Notes: generated by a model from the letters alone, not told the origin. DNA of 64,000 bases from Trichoplax adhaerens (GCF_000150275.1 NW_002060965.1:124001-188000), one strand, 5' to 3'. Counted from the stretch's first letter, positions 13,681 to 27,833 are shown. Numbers and translations: made by a program.

Positions 13681-15896
13681 ACCATGACGGCAAAAATAGC
13701 CGCAATTAATTAACTTTAATATTTTTTGAATAGAGTATATATACACGCGTATCCAACCTTAATCCAAGCTGGATTTATTGTACGAAAATTATGCAATTAT
13801 GAGCGTTAAAAAACATACTATAAGTGTAGTATGTCCTGTGGATAATTGTAATCTTATCTATGATCAGCATTTTACCTATTTAAGATGATGCTTGCAAATG
13901 AATATGACTATGTCTATTGGAATAATTTTGACACATTATTTTATGTTAATACAAAGATTGTTTAAACAACTGTATAGTACAATGACAACTTGACGAAAGA
14001 ATTCTAAAATTTTTTGATGAAAAAATCAATTTAATATTATTTCCTTTTCTGCAGCCGTAGTTTATATTAATATTGATAAAGCTATCATGTTAAGCCTAAG
14101 ATTATTATCTATTCTCCCTGTATCATATATCACCCATAATTATTGGACGAATAGTTCTATTTTCAGGTAATAACTGATAACAATTTAATCTTATGAATGG
14201 AAAGAACATTTCTATTCAACTCAAATTGACATGGAATAAGGATAATAAAATGAGCTATGATATTACCTTTGATCTGTTAGATTGTGATTAACTTGAATGG
14301 ATTCATGATACGCGAGTATTCATGACTAGTAGGTAGATATAACCGCAGAATAACATGATGATGCTCGGAAAGATTGACACTGATGTTTATACACATATCC
14401 ATTAGTCATGAATCGATATAGTAAACTGACTGATCCATAAGATAGAGATGTGTTCCTACCTGATATCCAGTTTAGCTTAAAATAGGACATCCAACTACTC
14501 CTCGACTAGCAAATTGCCAGTTGAAAATTCATCGATTCTACGTTGGTAGATGCATAAAACATGGATTATTTATCAGTTTCACTTATATATTTATAGTAAT
14601 CCTATTGACACGGAGGACATCATTGCTACTACTTCTGTATGCGATTTTCAAGTGTTCCAAATCGAAATTTGTAACGTGAAAGTTAAATTAACGCGAGGGT
14701 CTCAATAAATTTCTACCACTTTTGTGGACATGTTAGTCAACACTTTGTTATTGCACTACGCAAAATTGCTGTCATTAGCTGAAATCACTACATGAACCAA
14801 CAGAACTTTTGTATTCGTTTAAAGTTACACAACAGTAAAAGAGGTTAGAACTAGCAGTCCAATCGGAAGATAACAACTCATGTCAAATATCGTAAGCAGG
14901 ACCTTACTTATCATTGCTAGTCTATCGCTTTTAATAATATTGATATGTACTCAGATCGACGAAGAAATTCGATCATGGTCAACGTTTGCTATGAACTTAG
15001 AAATTAGTGTTCACCAGCTACTGGAGGAGCAGTTTCAACGCAATGTTTCGTAATATAAGCTTAGCCTAACTAGTCCATCCTTATTGGTGATATTATTTTT
15101 GCAACTTGCAGCCCCTGCTAAGCTTTATGCAGTAGAATCTCCAAAATGGCTAACATAAACAGTAAGAAGGAAGTAGTCGTCCACTGTTGTAGCTTGCCTG
15201 CAAAAATAATGTTACCAATAACGATGGGCTAGCTAGTGTAAGCTGGTGTTACGATCGCTACTAGGGTGACATTATTTCTGCTAGCAATTTGCACCCGCTT
15301 AATCCTGGCCTAGTTGGTTAAAACCACTGACAGAGAATCATGTTTGAGTAGTACAACTCTACTAAGAATTTATGGGAATCTCTCGTTGCTACCATCGTCG
15401 GGTGGGTAGATCTCTTCAATTTCCAGTTAAAATCCCATCAACTGGCGCTCACTGTGGCCATCATTCACGAGTAAAATCGATTGCATCGGAAGAAATCAGA
15501 CACCCATAGCAGGACCAGTTGATCTGATTAAGCCAGAATAGTGTTGTTCTACCAAGTTTAACCGTAGTGGTAAAGTCAAGAATCAAGAGTACGAGGTACT
15601 ACTTGCTTACACTAGGTTTGAAGTGGGTGTTGACTGGTGTGGCTGTGGCTGCAATCTCTTAAAGTAGAAGTCAGCAAGATCGAGCAGTATTACTGAATAG
15701 CCATCTCCGATCCTGTTTATTTACTCAAATATTAGTTGAGGATAGACAATACTACAGTATATACTTTCCAATTGATCTCTATCGTCTGCATTTGATTGGA
15801 ACTTGAGACAAGGAAAGATTTGCACGTTATTATTATCGCACAAGAAGGAGCAAGTGATTAAATCAATCAACTATCGTCCTGAAATACATAATTATA

Positions 15897-18800
15897 ATGG
15901 ACAAAACTGCTTATCCTCCATTTACTCTCGGTAAAAGTAGATTTGATCAGGTAAGAACTGGAAATGATAGAATAAACTTATCGCTATTGCTAATAAATTA
16001 CGACTCCCAAACGATTCATCATAGTAGAGTACACGCCATATACTGTACATTTCTACTGCAACATCATCTACAGTACTTGCAGTATCAGTGGATGTCTAAT
16101 AAACGGATTTCTATTAAAAAGTTGAACGCTAGAGTCATATTGTGCCTTTATTTAGCACTAGTAGAACATTTTGGGCATGTGAGACCGTTTCTACTTTGAT
16201 TTCTACTACTTTTCGATCGAGTTCACTCTTAATTTACGGCTTAATCAAGGACAGATTACGTCGTTAAATTTGTAAACTATAGATGCCTTATTTTTCCAAC
16301 TGATATTAGAGCATTTACAGAGGACGATTAAAATTTGAACTTATTCCACACTTAGCTTTTAAAGCAATGTATAAAATGACTGACTTCATTGGCTCTATTA
16401 GTCGACATTTTTAGGTAGACTGCGCCATTTCTTAGATGTAACCGATCCAAGAACATTATTCGTGAGTGAGGTAAGATAAGATTGAAAATGAACTAAAATC
16501 AGTCTTTTAGGTATATATATAATTAATAAAAATCAATGTGTTATAATAGATTCATAGTGTAAACGACTGCATCTACTACATTATTTGGATTCGATTTTTG
16601 CTTCGATTTATGCTTCTATAATTTAAGATATAATTATCAACGTACTGGATATGAGTACGATAATTTAAACGAAGCAAAGTATTTAGCTGATGTATATAGA
16701 ATGCTAATAATTTTACTTTTATGCCTTCACACACTCAACCTCATGATGCAGAAGCAACTTCAGGACTCTATTAAACTATTAAATGAATACAAGATAGGCA
16801 AGCTTCCTGATGGGGTTACAAATGAGCAAGTAGGATAACAACTTATTATTAACATAATAATAATCTAGAGAGATTCTTCACATTTATCGTTGACTTTGTC
16901 GATAAATCTACTTAATTGCCAACGATATTTGGTTTGACATTAATCAATATCATTTTTAATGAATTATTAGCTATGGAAGGCTCAAAAAATTAAACAGGTA
17001 CTCAAGGTTTTTAGATAATTATCAAATTTATGGAAGTAAATATCTAGTGTATTCTATGATTATGATGTTGCTAAAAGTTATAAGATGTAGTAGGATGATA
17101 GATGGCATCTAACATCTTTACATCGCAGCCTTGACCTTTACTATTTATAATTCCTTGCTTTACAGGCTATAATTCACCCAGATACCAATGAAAAAATATT
17201 CATGCCATTTAGAATGTCGGGTAAATTATTATTATTACTTATTGAAATAATAGACTATTTATGCTATATAGGAAAAAATAGATAATTAATATTATGGTCA
17301 TATCATCGACGATAATGAACAAAACTGCTTTCTTGATTTGCTCTTCTGCGCAGGATTTGTCCCATTTGGTACTCCGATTGTAAGACTTCAAATTAATTCT
17401 ACTGCTTTTAATCTTGTTGATAAAGTGTCTGTATACATTTATTACTCTTGATGTAATCTTTCTTTAAATATAAAACATTACTCCTAATTGATACTGCTGC
17501 TGCATTAGGTAGTCGGATTATTACTTCCAAATCCCAGTATGAAATCAATCATTTTTTGGCAGGTTGGTATAAATAATTGCTTTTGCTTTCATTTGAACAC
17601 TCAGTGTATATAAAAATTGACAATTTATGATTTGCTTTGTTTCATTCTGTAGTGGTTAAATCAAAGTCATAATGCTTGCGTTAATTATGCAAATCGTAAC
17701 GCTAGTAAAGTAAGTGATATCACATATTTTTGCGTAGTGGAATCAACGCTGTATCAGTCTAGCTGCTAACAAATGTTCTAATTCGTATGTTGATTGCTAG
17801 CCAACTCCAACAAGTGAATTTGTTGCCGGTTATTTTGCAGCAATTACGAGTGCGATAACCATAGCGGTAAGTGGAGTTAGTGATTATTTAAAGGATTTAT
17901 TAATCGGCTAGCTTATCGTCACTGTTTTGTGACTGCAAGTATCTTATTTTGCTATTGGATCGTAAGATAGATGCTATACGTCTAATACATTTTATTGCTA
18001 TCTAACTTTTACACTCAAAAAAATGCGCTTATATCTTCCTTTCATTATCATCTTTACAATTACAGCTCGGTTTAACGGCAGTAATTAAAAGAGCTGATCG
18101 TTTTAGTCCTGCTACTCGCAATGCTATCCAGCGTTTTGTGCCATTCCCAGCTGTGGGTAATGTTGATATTTATACACTTATAAACAGACTTGAAGTGATA
18201 TGATCTACCAGTGGAGATTAATTCGAAAAAACCTTTAAACCCTTCAACTACAGTAATGCAGGGTGCGTATATCGTTTCTGATCGACTATCTCTTAATTTG
18301 ACTATAGCATCTGCTAGCGTTTGCAATGTTCTATTCATGAGAAGAAATGAATTATCTCGTGGAATTGAAGTAGTAGATAAAGATGGCAATACAGTTGGAA
18401 CTTCCAAAATTGCTGCTAAAAAGGTTTCTTGTGAATTTGTTGCGCTTATCAAACGAACCATTAATAGAATGATCCTTTAAAAATCCTAATTAGGCTTTAG
18501 TTGAAATGGCCTGCACACGTGCGTTCTTGCCTGCTCCTATTTTATTACTACCTACAATTGCAATGCAACTTATGGAGAAGTAATAACGCATTCTAGTCCT
18601 CGTATTTTCGTTGCATTAGTTTGATCCTAGTATACGTTGATTTTCAAGACTGTTGATATTAATAAGTTTGCAACGGTTTATCATAACAGAACCAGATTTT
18701 TAAAGGCCAATCCACGTTTTCATTTGCCCCTGAATGCAATCTTTTGCACCATATCGTTTGGACTAGCTTTACCGCTAGCCATTAGCCTATTTCCTCAAAT

Positions 18801-18992
18801 GTCTTCGGTAAGGATAGCATTTCCGACATGTATTTCAATAGGTCCTTAAATATTTAGTAGATAATCACTAGAATGCATTTTAAGTGGTGTGATACATTGT
18901 ACTATGAATAGATTGAAACTGAAAAACTTGAAGAGAACGTTCGAAATCAGGTAAAAGGAGAAAAGTTTTTATATTACAACAAAGGATTGTAA
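15897..18992 (+). CDS. SFXN5: Sideroflexin-5-like mitochondrial inner-membrane transporter (325 aa)
   Basis: 14 exons: 15897-15950, 16402-16470, 16752-16829, 16971-16997, 17166-17220, 17354-17379, 17509-17562, 17653-17709, 17801-17866, 18066-18156, 18308-18423, 18494-18579, 18690-18807, 18912-18992. Family motifs: [72 protein letters not shown] and C-terminal YYNKGL. Confidence 0.95.
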
Positions 18993-19300
18993 ATTTTTGA
19001 GCAGATGATAGGCAAGAAAAAACGATATTGCGCCCGATACATATCGCATGTGAAGCACTTTAATTCAGCTTTACATCAATATGCAGGAACACAGCAAAGG
19101 AATAAAATAACTCTTTTTATTAATCGTTTTAATTGGTAAAAATATAGTTACATTGACTTACTAATCGTATTAAGAATAAAACTGAATAGATTACGGCCAC
19201 TTTAATCATGAAATATTTGGGCTAATTGATCAGAATAAGTAGGTGGTAACGTACAGAAACAAAAAAAATCATTATTTTACAATGCAAGAAAACAGTAGCG

Positions 19301-22300
19301 TTATTCTCTAGGTGTGATTAAACAACGATCGATCTTGAACGATGAAATCAACTCCTATAAGTAAATACAGAAAATCGATTAAAGTCAGGAACGTAGAGTC
19401 TGTTGAGAGCAAAATTAAAACTGGTGCAATGACTAACCTGCCAAGTGTTGTGATCAAGCGAAATTACAGTTTGTTTCTTGTTACAATTTTCACTTTCGCT
19501 CCTATCTACTGTTTGCAACGGAACTAAGATTAACAACAATTTAACGTTAATTATTAGTGATGACCATTGAATAATAGATTGTGTTTAATAAGCCTTAAAA
19601 GAAGGCAAAATTTGTAAGTTGCCGAAATACCAATCTTAGGAATATTGTTTTCTACAGTTATCTTGACCTTTCCATCCTAGGGTTTAATGTAATAGATTTA
19701 ACGTATTAATCATGCTAGTAAAAACTCTTTTATCGTTTTTTATTTACTTAATGATGATCCGTAATAACTATTCAAGTTACTGGCTAAATCAGATTTAATG
19801 TAACAATGTAGTTGAAGAAGAAAATTGCCAGCTTACTCTGATTAAAAATGAAATGTGAAATAAATTTTCAACAGTCCGTCCGAAGGATGTCGGATCAATA
19901 GCAAAGTTGAAGAAATTGATCGGTTGCGGTTTATTGCCTGATGGTTGAAATCAAAGTGTAATGAATAAGGATTGATTCTAAAGTACTATTTGATATTCAC
20001 AGGAACATGAACTATAGCATATCATATCTACGGCATCAAGGTAGCAAAATTATACTAGAAAGTTGTTATAATGATACATTAATGAAGTATTTTCACCCTG
20101 GCGATAAAGATGAGATAGTATGTTGTATATTCTATGAACTTCTAGAGTAGTAGATTCTTTCTCAGTTGCATTTGGATCAACCTAATCAATTTAAGTGAAC
20201 CACAAATAATAATGTCGATAAATTTCAAGCCAAAAAATTGTATTGACGCTGAAAAAATTGTCAAGTTGTGAGCTATATATTTAAGTTTACAGCCATTACA
20301 TCAATTATTGTGTGTAATACTGTAATAATATTTTAAAAAGTATCGGAAACTGCACGTAGTAAATAATGCATTCTAAATAAACAAATACAGATTAGGATAT
20401 ATTTTGCGAAATAGTGCTAACATTTGCAGATTATCCATATTTTTACAGTATCATTAATAGATTGAGCCAGGTCAATGCAGTAATCTAGCATGTTTGGTAT
20501 GATTTAAAATTGCAATACCTCCTTCGGTCGCACTACTGCATTCGGAATAACGGCTTCTTTACGTGATGAACGATTGCTTTGCTTTTTAACCCGAGGCTGT
20601 ATTTTGGCAGGACCATACCTTTTATTATAAAGAAGATATCGAGTACTGTAAATTTACATATTACCACGTGAAATACGGTAATCTTTTAGCATAGCACAAA
20701 AGTAAATTGCAATATATTTAATTCTGTACGTTGACTTATGGCCTGCCACAGTAACAAATGCATAAAATGACTTGTTATTACACCTACATTTCTTCAACTA
20801 CTGTACATACAGTAACTAGCATTTCGACCTACATCGTATTGACAGCGGGTACACTTCGAAAACATCGAAGACATCTTCTACCAAGTTTCGCCCAATCTAA
20901 GGGCATTTCCTGACTGTCACTGACACTATGGTTAAAGTTATGAGGGGACAAGTAGGTTTTCTAAATGAAACAGATCATGAGCCAGTTTTAATATGGAGGA
21001 TCATAGAACTGAAACCCTCTGTTTTAGTGCCATAGTAACAGAAAATCATCTAGAGTAAACTTGCTTCGTTTGAAAGCGAAACGGCATTTAATAACGATAA
21101 TATAAATTTAGATTCGCTCAAATTCATTTAATAGTAACACAGTGATAAGCTGCATGTAATTCATACACTATCTGCAATTACGAGTATCCTCCGATACATC
21201 GCCCATCATTAAATTACAAATTTGACTATTTTTATTGGAACAGAAACAAAGGCGAGAGTACAATGATTCAAGCATTCCTGATCGATCTAGACCTTACCAG
21301 GGTGTTAATGAAGGCATCAGTATCGAATACGTTGCCTTCATTACTGACATTCTGGGCTTGTTTCCTGGCTATTTTGCTAGCGGCAACTAATAGCTGAGAA
21401 TCCAGCACTGCCTCTCGCGTCCGATTCACTAATATTGAAATAACAATCAGAATTTAATTTAAACTACTATGGTCACAGATATTGATACTACTTTGTAAAT
21501 TTAAAATTTGTATATTTTTATATTGAAGGTACTGTACTTTTCATCAACATCAGTATCAACAAAATTGCATCTGCTTTTACATTCAGAGGTAACAAATGGT
21601 TGTTTAGGCATTAATAGCTTGACTAGAATAGCTATAGGGTAAGCTTACCTCCACGGATTAAATTGGCAGCTTTTTCTAATGTCTCCTTAATACCAGACGA
21701 ACCTGGCTGGGCATACTGTTCCATATTTTCTATGTAGAATATACGCGTATAATACAATATTATGAGTCCATTTCTGCATTAATATCATTTCGCATATTAC
21801 AGAAAATGGGCCATTTACAGTAGGTCACTGTCGCAAATGTCATTTTATGCAGCTTCCATTCATGCTGCACTTAATTAATTTACAAAATAGAGTACGAGAG
21901 GGAGTACACTATCCAAGATTTTAACTATCAAACTGTACAATCTAAAGTAGAGAGTGTTTTCTGACGTTGATCATTATCGAGACAACGAGAACGGATGGAT
22001 TAGAGTCCAAGGGCGACCTATTCGGTAGTCGCTGGTCTACAGTCCTATACCGGATGTATCAGCAAGTCGTTTTTCATATTATATTGTCAACAGAATTACT
22101 ATAGACCTTTGACGATATCACGAAATTAAATACTATCGCAGTTTACAGGTGAAAGGAACACAGGACTTTGTAGAATCTCTTTCACCGAGGGCGGCTACAC
22201 TATTTAATTTAAATTAATAAAGTTCGAACAGTTCAATTGACAGCAAGTAGTGCTTACTAAACTGCCAAATAGCAAGTAATATTGGACTAAGCTTTAGTCA

Positions 22301-22581
22301 CTGCAGCTACAAGGATGCAATATCATGACTGCTTTTGCAAGTGGTTCAGTAAGTGATTGATCCTTGATCAATTCATGAAGAAAAGGCAAACACTCTTAAC
22401 TCTTGCCATGGATTGCCTCGACGAGCTCATCCTATCCCTGGCAACAACATTGGCAAAAGTGCAGTCCAATCATATTCTACTTACGTTCAACATGTTCGAT
22501 CATACTACGATATTCCTGTCTTAACCGTCGATATTGTTCATCTTCGATGGAATCGTTTTGCTTTACACTCGATTCACTCAT
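19301..22581 (-). CDS. NSMCE4A: NSE4/EID3-family kleisin of the SMC5/6 complex (302 aa)
   Basis: 10 minus-strand exons with consistent phases: 22581-22485, 21729-21649, 21428-21298, 20960-20833, 20618-20519, 20181-20097, 19937-19837, 19676-19631, 19523-19438, 19354-19301. Motifs: [35 protein letters not shown] and [31 protein letters not shown]. Confidence 0.92.
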
Positions 22582-22800
22582 GGTCCTTGCAATGAGGCCT
22601 TTAAGACGCCACTACCAGTCGATGGGAATGTTCACGATGCACCTTTGCTATTTCTCACACCTCCCTTCGTATTAGCGGGTGGTTTACTTTTGCCTGCGTA
22701 CCACTCAGCAACTCTCTCTACCTTTCACTCTTGCAACTCACTGCAACTCTTCAGCATCAAAGACTAAACAACTACCTTTGGATTGTGGACAGTCACCCTT

Positions 22801-22886
22801 AGCTGCAGTAAAAGCAAAATTGGAGATACTCTTTCCGTTTCCTAAGCTGTAGTAAAAGCAAAATTGGAGATACTCTTTCGGTTCTC
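22801..22886. repeat. Tandem duplication of ~44 bp
   Basis: AGCTG(C/T)AGTAAAAGCAAAATTGGAGATACTCTTTC occurs at 22801 and 22845, upstream of NSE4. Confidence 0.9.
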
Positions 22887-23828
22887 AGCAATAATATTGG
22901 ATTTGCTGGGTATAATCAGCATGCAGGAAAAGAGGGAAAAAGTCTCAGGTCCAGCAGTCGACTGACTACCTTGTAGCTTCTCCAGTCTATGGCCTAGTCC
23001 CGTACCGATGTTAGGGACAGCAAATTTCGCCACTTACAGTATAAGGTACTGTAGAATATAGTACAATGTACAGTGGTTTACAGTACCATACAATACTGTG
23101 GACTGTGGAGCACTCTTGGACGGACAGACATTGTTTGCTTCATCTCGTCAAAATAATGTGCCAAACGCCTGGTTATGACACTACTTTAGTATGGTGACGA
23201 TCGTAATATTACATTGCATCTTATTCGTTGTTACTAAGTTCTGCTGAAGTTCTGCTAAGAAACAGTTATATAACATGGTAGATGTTATTGAAATGAGCAC
23301 TAGAAATTGAGAAAACAAACACTTAACCCTTTTTCAATATTGACAGCCCATAAAGTTATTTGTGACAGCCTAATTTGGTAAAGAAAAGTCCGTCTGTCCG
23401 AGGGAGTGATCTGTCTGTCCAGGTCTTCATCTAGTAGTCCAGTCCAGAACGGTAGTCACTGCATACCTAGCTACGGGGGAAAACAGCCTCTTTCACTACG
23501 GTCTCTCACTGAAACTGTGGAGGTAAAACAAACAATGTTTCATACAAACATGGAATTCTGGAGAGAAGTTCTTCTTCTAGTAGTCCATAGTATAGAACTG
23601 AAACTGTAGAGGTCTTCAACACCCCTAATCTTAAATCGTGATTTTAGTAGTCCCATATGGCCTCAATGATATTCTTGTTATTGAGTTTATTTAGGGCCAG
23701 CACACACACACTAGTACAGTACAGTACTGTACACTGTACTGTACTGCACACTGTACACTGTGCACTGTGCAGTGCCGTACGATGAAACTGGGCATCCATC
23801 TGACTGTCTGATGAAGAGTGCTAGTCGA

Positions 23829-23841
23829 GTTGCCAGGCAAC
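23829..23841. promoter_or_regulatory. RFX X-box upstream of TEX49/SPMIP11
   Basis: GTTGCCAGGCAAC is a near-perfect palindromic X-box, ~300 bp before the ATG of an axonemal gene. Confidence 0.75.
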
Positions 23842-24144
23842 AGCAACAGCAAGGCCGGCTTTAGCAACGACGCTATTTTCGTGTACTAAATCGTCTAATT
23901 GCTAAGTCAAATCGTGGATCAATACTCGAAATGGAGCCTGTGTTTAGAACTACACACACAGACTGATGGAAGCATAAACAAGGATACCATACCAGCGTTC
24001 TAGACTGTTATTTCAATTTCAAAAGCAAAAAATTGGCCTTGCCAGGAACAGTGCTGATCTTACCTATTAATATACGATCTTTAAGGAGTAAAGAGGCGAA
24101 GAAGATTTTCCGATATATTCCACGAGATTCCAAGAAATACAACG

Positions 24145-25176
24145 ATGGCATTTTTTAACGTAACACGACTCGGTGTTCAGGATCCAGTTAAAGCTTCGTT
24201 AAGAGACGAGAAGGAAACCCAAGATATCTATGATACTAAAAAGAAAACCCTCAAGGTCGATGTTAGTACAGAAAGAAAAACGGCCATAAAATTGGATTCC
24301 TCCGAAATTTATAAAGATAAAAGAAGGCGTCATGAAAGATCTCTTCTCGGTAATAAAGAAATTTGTGTAATCCTACTCATAGATTGAATAGTAACAGCGC
24401 TGTAATAAATGTAGCTTCTTTAGTACTCTAGTCTATCGGTCATCGGTCACGAGAAACGAATAAAATAATAACAGAATTGAAGTAAAACATTATTAAAATG
24501 GAAATACAATTAAACATTATGGATTACTTATTTCCATTAAATAAATAATGTTGCGTTCTATTTTTTAAATAATTGTAAAATATTGCGTCAATACTGTCGA
24601 TACTGCTATGTCCACTTGCTAGTAAACCCTCTCAGTTGGCAATACAGTCACAAATACAAACTTGAGCGGTCAAGCACTGCTTTATTGCGCTAATCAAATA
24701 GGTTCACAACTCTTAGCGATTCCCATGTTAGAGTACAAACAAGTAATTACAAGTCTATTCGTAAATTCATTATACATAGGACCGAAAGAAGTTTATCAAA
24801 CCCCAATGACGACATCGCAGGAATATGGATGGCATGATAATAATGAAAAGGAACCTTGGATGCAATCGAAGCGCCACGTTCACGTAAACAGTGAAATGAC
24901 AAAGTAAGCAATTTATATCATCAGATTTCAAACTTTCCCAAATACATTAGCAAGACGTACATTGAACTCTTTGTTGAGTTAAAATATTTTTTTGATGCTG
25001 TCAGTTATACTTTCTCATTAAGTTTAGATTTATGCTTATGCACTTTACTATTATCTTTTACAAAACCAAATTAAGAGTCATTAATTGGACATTTTCTTAA
25101 TATACACAATGTTGATTCTCATTTTAGGTTTGTAAAATCAATGGCTCTAACAAACAGAGACTTTTCCTTATACTAA
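24145..25176 (+). CDS. TEX49: TEX49/SPMIP11-like axonemal microtubule inner protein (125 aa)
   Basis: Exons 24145-24349, 24780-24903, 25128-25176. It starts MAFFN, contains PMTTSQEYGW, and ends PWMQSKRHVHVNSEMTKFVKSMALTNRDFSLY. This parallels human TEX49 as I recall it (MAFFN...PWIRSPRH..SAMTRF...FSLY). Confidence 0.82.
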
Positions 25177-27833
25177 AATGACTAGCAATATCTATCAAAT
25201 TCAGTAATGTTTTAAACTATTGGATAATCCACATGCCACATACTATTTTCTCCTGTAATAACTGGGAGAGAATCGCAATGGCGATGTATTTATCAGTAAT
25301 GATAATGTAAAAAATTTTGATCGAATCATGAATTATTCAGCAAGTTTTAATTTGTAGTCTGTAATAGCGAATGTCATTTGTCGACACTATTAATTAGTGA
25401 TAGATAGCGTACTTTTGCATCGTACAATGTTGTAGTCCTTCTATGAAGAGTAAAATTATTAGGCTTGTGCAATGGGTAAATTAGATACATTTAACTTAAT
25501 ACGATCATGTGATTGTGTCACATTGGATCACCTTTTATAATGGATAAGTTTTACCATCATAAATGCATACTCTAATGAGAATAATATTTCAATTAATTGT
25601 ATACTATGTGGATATATCGATATTGTTGATTTGAGTAAATGCGAAATTTACTGATTGTTCTGTTCCACAATTCTTTCCGAGAATAAATTAAGTCTAAATA
25701 GTATCACTTGAAATAGACTTAAAAATGATATAATAAAGCGTAATGCATTACTTTGTGTTATTAAAATACAGCAATTTTGCAAATTGAGCTCTATTAATAT
25801 TAATCTTCTTATCTTTCCTCCTTCACTATTATATTCACGAAGGTAACGATGTCAAGGCCTGCTAACTAGTTCATTCCGCTATTAACCGCAACAAATTACT
25901 TTAAACTACTGCAACTGATTTAGAAAGTGTTTGTTTTTAAGTTATGGTCTATGATAAAACGCAATCCAAGATAACTAACTGACATCATTCGTAGTAAAGT
26001 AATAATAATAATGCGGTAATGCAATGATAACTTCTTTCAATAATTACTCTATAAATTTGTCACATAAATAATTTTAAATCCATATAATACCGATACGCAC
26101 ACATGCCATTGTATGGCATTAAATGTTAGTTAGATACTATCAGATATCATCTTTCACATGCTCGTAAATTATTACAATGTAATATCATTCTTTATAGATC
26201 ACTTTACAGGTATTAAAATTTCGTCATCGTAATAAATCGTGGTTAAATAGTGTAATTATCACTTAAACGAAAGCTGTAACTAAACTCTATTATTACTGTA
26301 TACAATTCTGAAGCGTTTAAAGTACTAATCCAGTACTATGAAGGCTTTAAGTTAGTTTACTATACATCTCAGCGTATAATAACAGCTCTTTTACCATATT
26401 AAGGGATTACCAGATTATGCCCATTGACAGTGGTAGCTTAATAACTATCAAGGGTGATAAATGAGAATAATTATTCTCTATTCTCTGCTAGTGCGTACCG
26501 TATCAAATCTAAGTCAATCTATGGTTAATGATATTAGTCATACTATAAATTAAATATGGTGAATTTTAATAAAAGCTTGATTCTACTTTTATGCAAGACT
26601 TCTATTTTGAACAATATAACAATATCGCGTTCGGTAAATTGCCAATACGAAGTCAAAAGTCATTGATAGTACCATCACTCAGTTCTGGTTGAAAATTGTG
26701 CGCGGACTCATGACATTACTCTTCATGCTAATATGAGCAAATCCATAAGCTGACCAAGTTGTTTGGTAATGTCTTTTCATTTGAAGATAAGCTGATTTAG
26801 TTTCCAATTCTATGATAACTTGTAATCGTGGCCGAAAGTACTTAAAATTTGTGTTGATACGTGGCCATTATCGCCGATATTGATCAAGATCTAGTCAAAT
26901 CTGTAGAAAGTAATGAAAATTTTTGGATTATGAGCATAAAATCGAGGAAATACCAGAATTTTATAGGATCGCCCAATAGAAACCGACATACCTACTGATG
27001 AAATCCGTTCAAGCTTATGGGTATCTGAATACGTATGATACAATGATGAAATCTTATGAATAAAGCTGCATGTCTGTTTGCCGATAGACAAGCTTTATTT
27101 ATAAGGTTAACGGATTTCGAAATATTATTTATTCTGAATCTGTACCAGACGCCATTTTACTTGAAAACTTACCAATACGGAATTTTTTTAACTTTGAATG
27201 GCCTACGTGGCGCTGTTCATAGGAATGAGTAAATACAAAGGGTATGAGCCATGGTAATCGTTGCAATCATACATTGACATGTGTACAGTTGCGATGATTG
27301 TGCAATCTGTAACTTCACACTCGAGATACTTGATTGCCCATAAGCTTTAATTTTGTTTGAATACACTTAATGCAGCTATGTATTGATTGTAGAGTAGCAA
27401 ATGCAAAAACAGACTCTGCAGTTAAAATTGTTTTGGAAACTACGAGTAACTTAACTTTGAATGAGGGAACCTTTATATTTCCGGATTTAGATTAATATCA
27501 TAGTAGGAGATGTCACTTGATTAAAAAATATAATATAAGCGATATAGCTACTATTTCATCAGGCATATTTCAGGTTGCGGAATGTCTTTTAATATTCCTG
27601 CATTACGATCTTCTCGTATACGTGTATCAACATAGTACTTACCAGTTAGCATATTGTACAAATATTAAACCTTGGTAACGAACATTTTATTACTTTTTAA
27701 TTGTTATCACATGTACGGAAAGTATGCATTGATAACAAAATCGAATTTTTATGTAAGTTTTCTATAAAACAGAAAGTTGCATTTGCTTGTAATTTTTCAG
27801 AGTTTGCAATCGATAGAATTGATTAATGACATT

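Noticed and set aside
14355-14435. ATGATGA...CTGA C/D snoRNA-like boxes
   Set aside because: No convincing terminal stem or recognisable rRNA-antisense guide; such boxes are expected by chance in AT-rich DNA.
15300-15365. tRNA A-box-like TGGCCTAGTTGGTTAA
   Set aside because: There is no B-box (GTTCGA) and no cloverleaf or acceptor stem.
21530-21572. Apparent extra small exon in NSE4 intron 2
   Set aside because: Direct splicing of 21649 to 21428 gives the family-consistent [14 protein letters not shown], and the insert would disrupt it.
22010-22050. Fragments resembling tRNA-Tyr (GGACTGTAGA; GTCGCTGGT)
   Set aside because: The two pieces lie on opposite strands and cannot form a cloverleaf.
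23805-23830. CTGATGA as a hammerhead ribozyme core
   Set aside because: No stem II followed by GAAA.
26700-27400. Possible coding remnant between TEX49 and LYAR
   Set aside because: Every frame has multiple stops and there is no recognisable motif.
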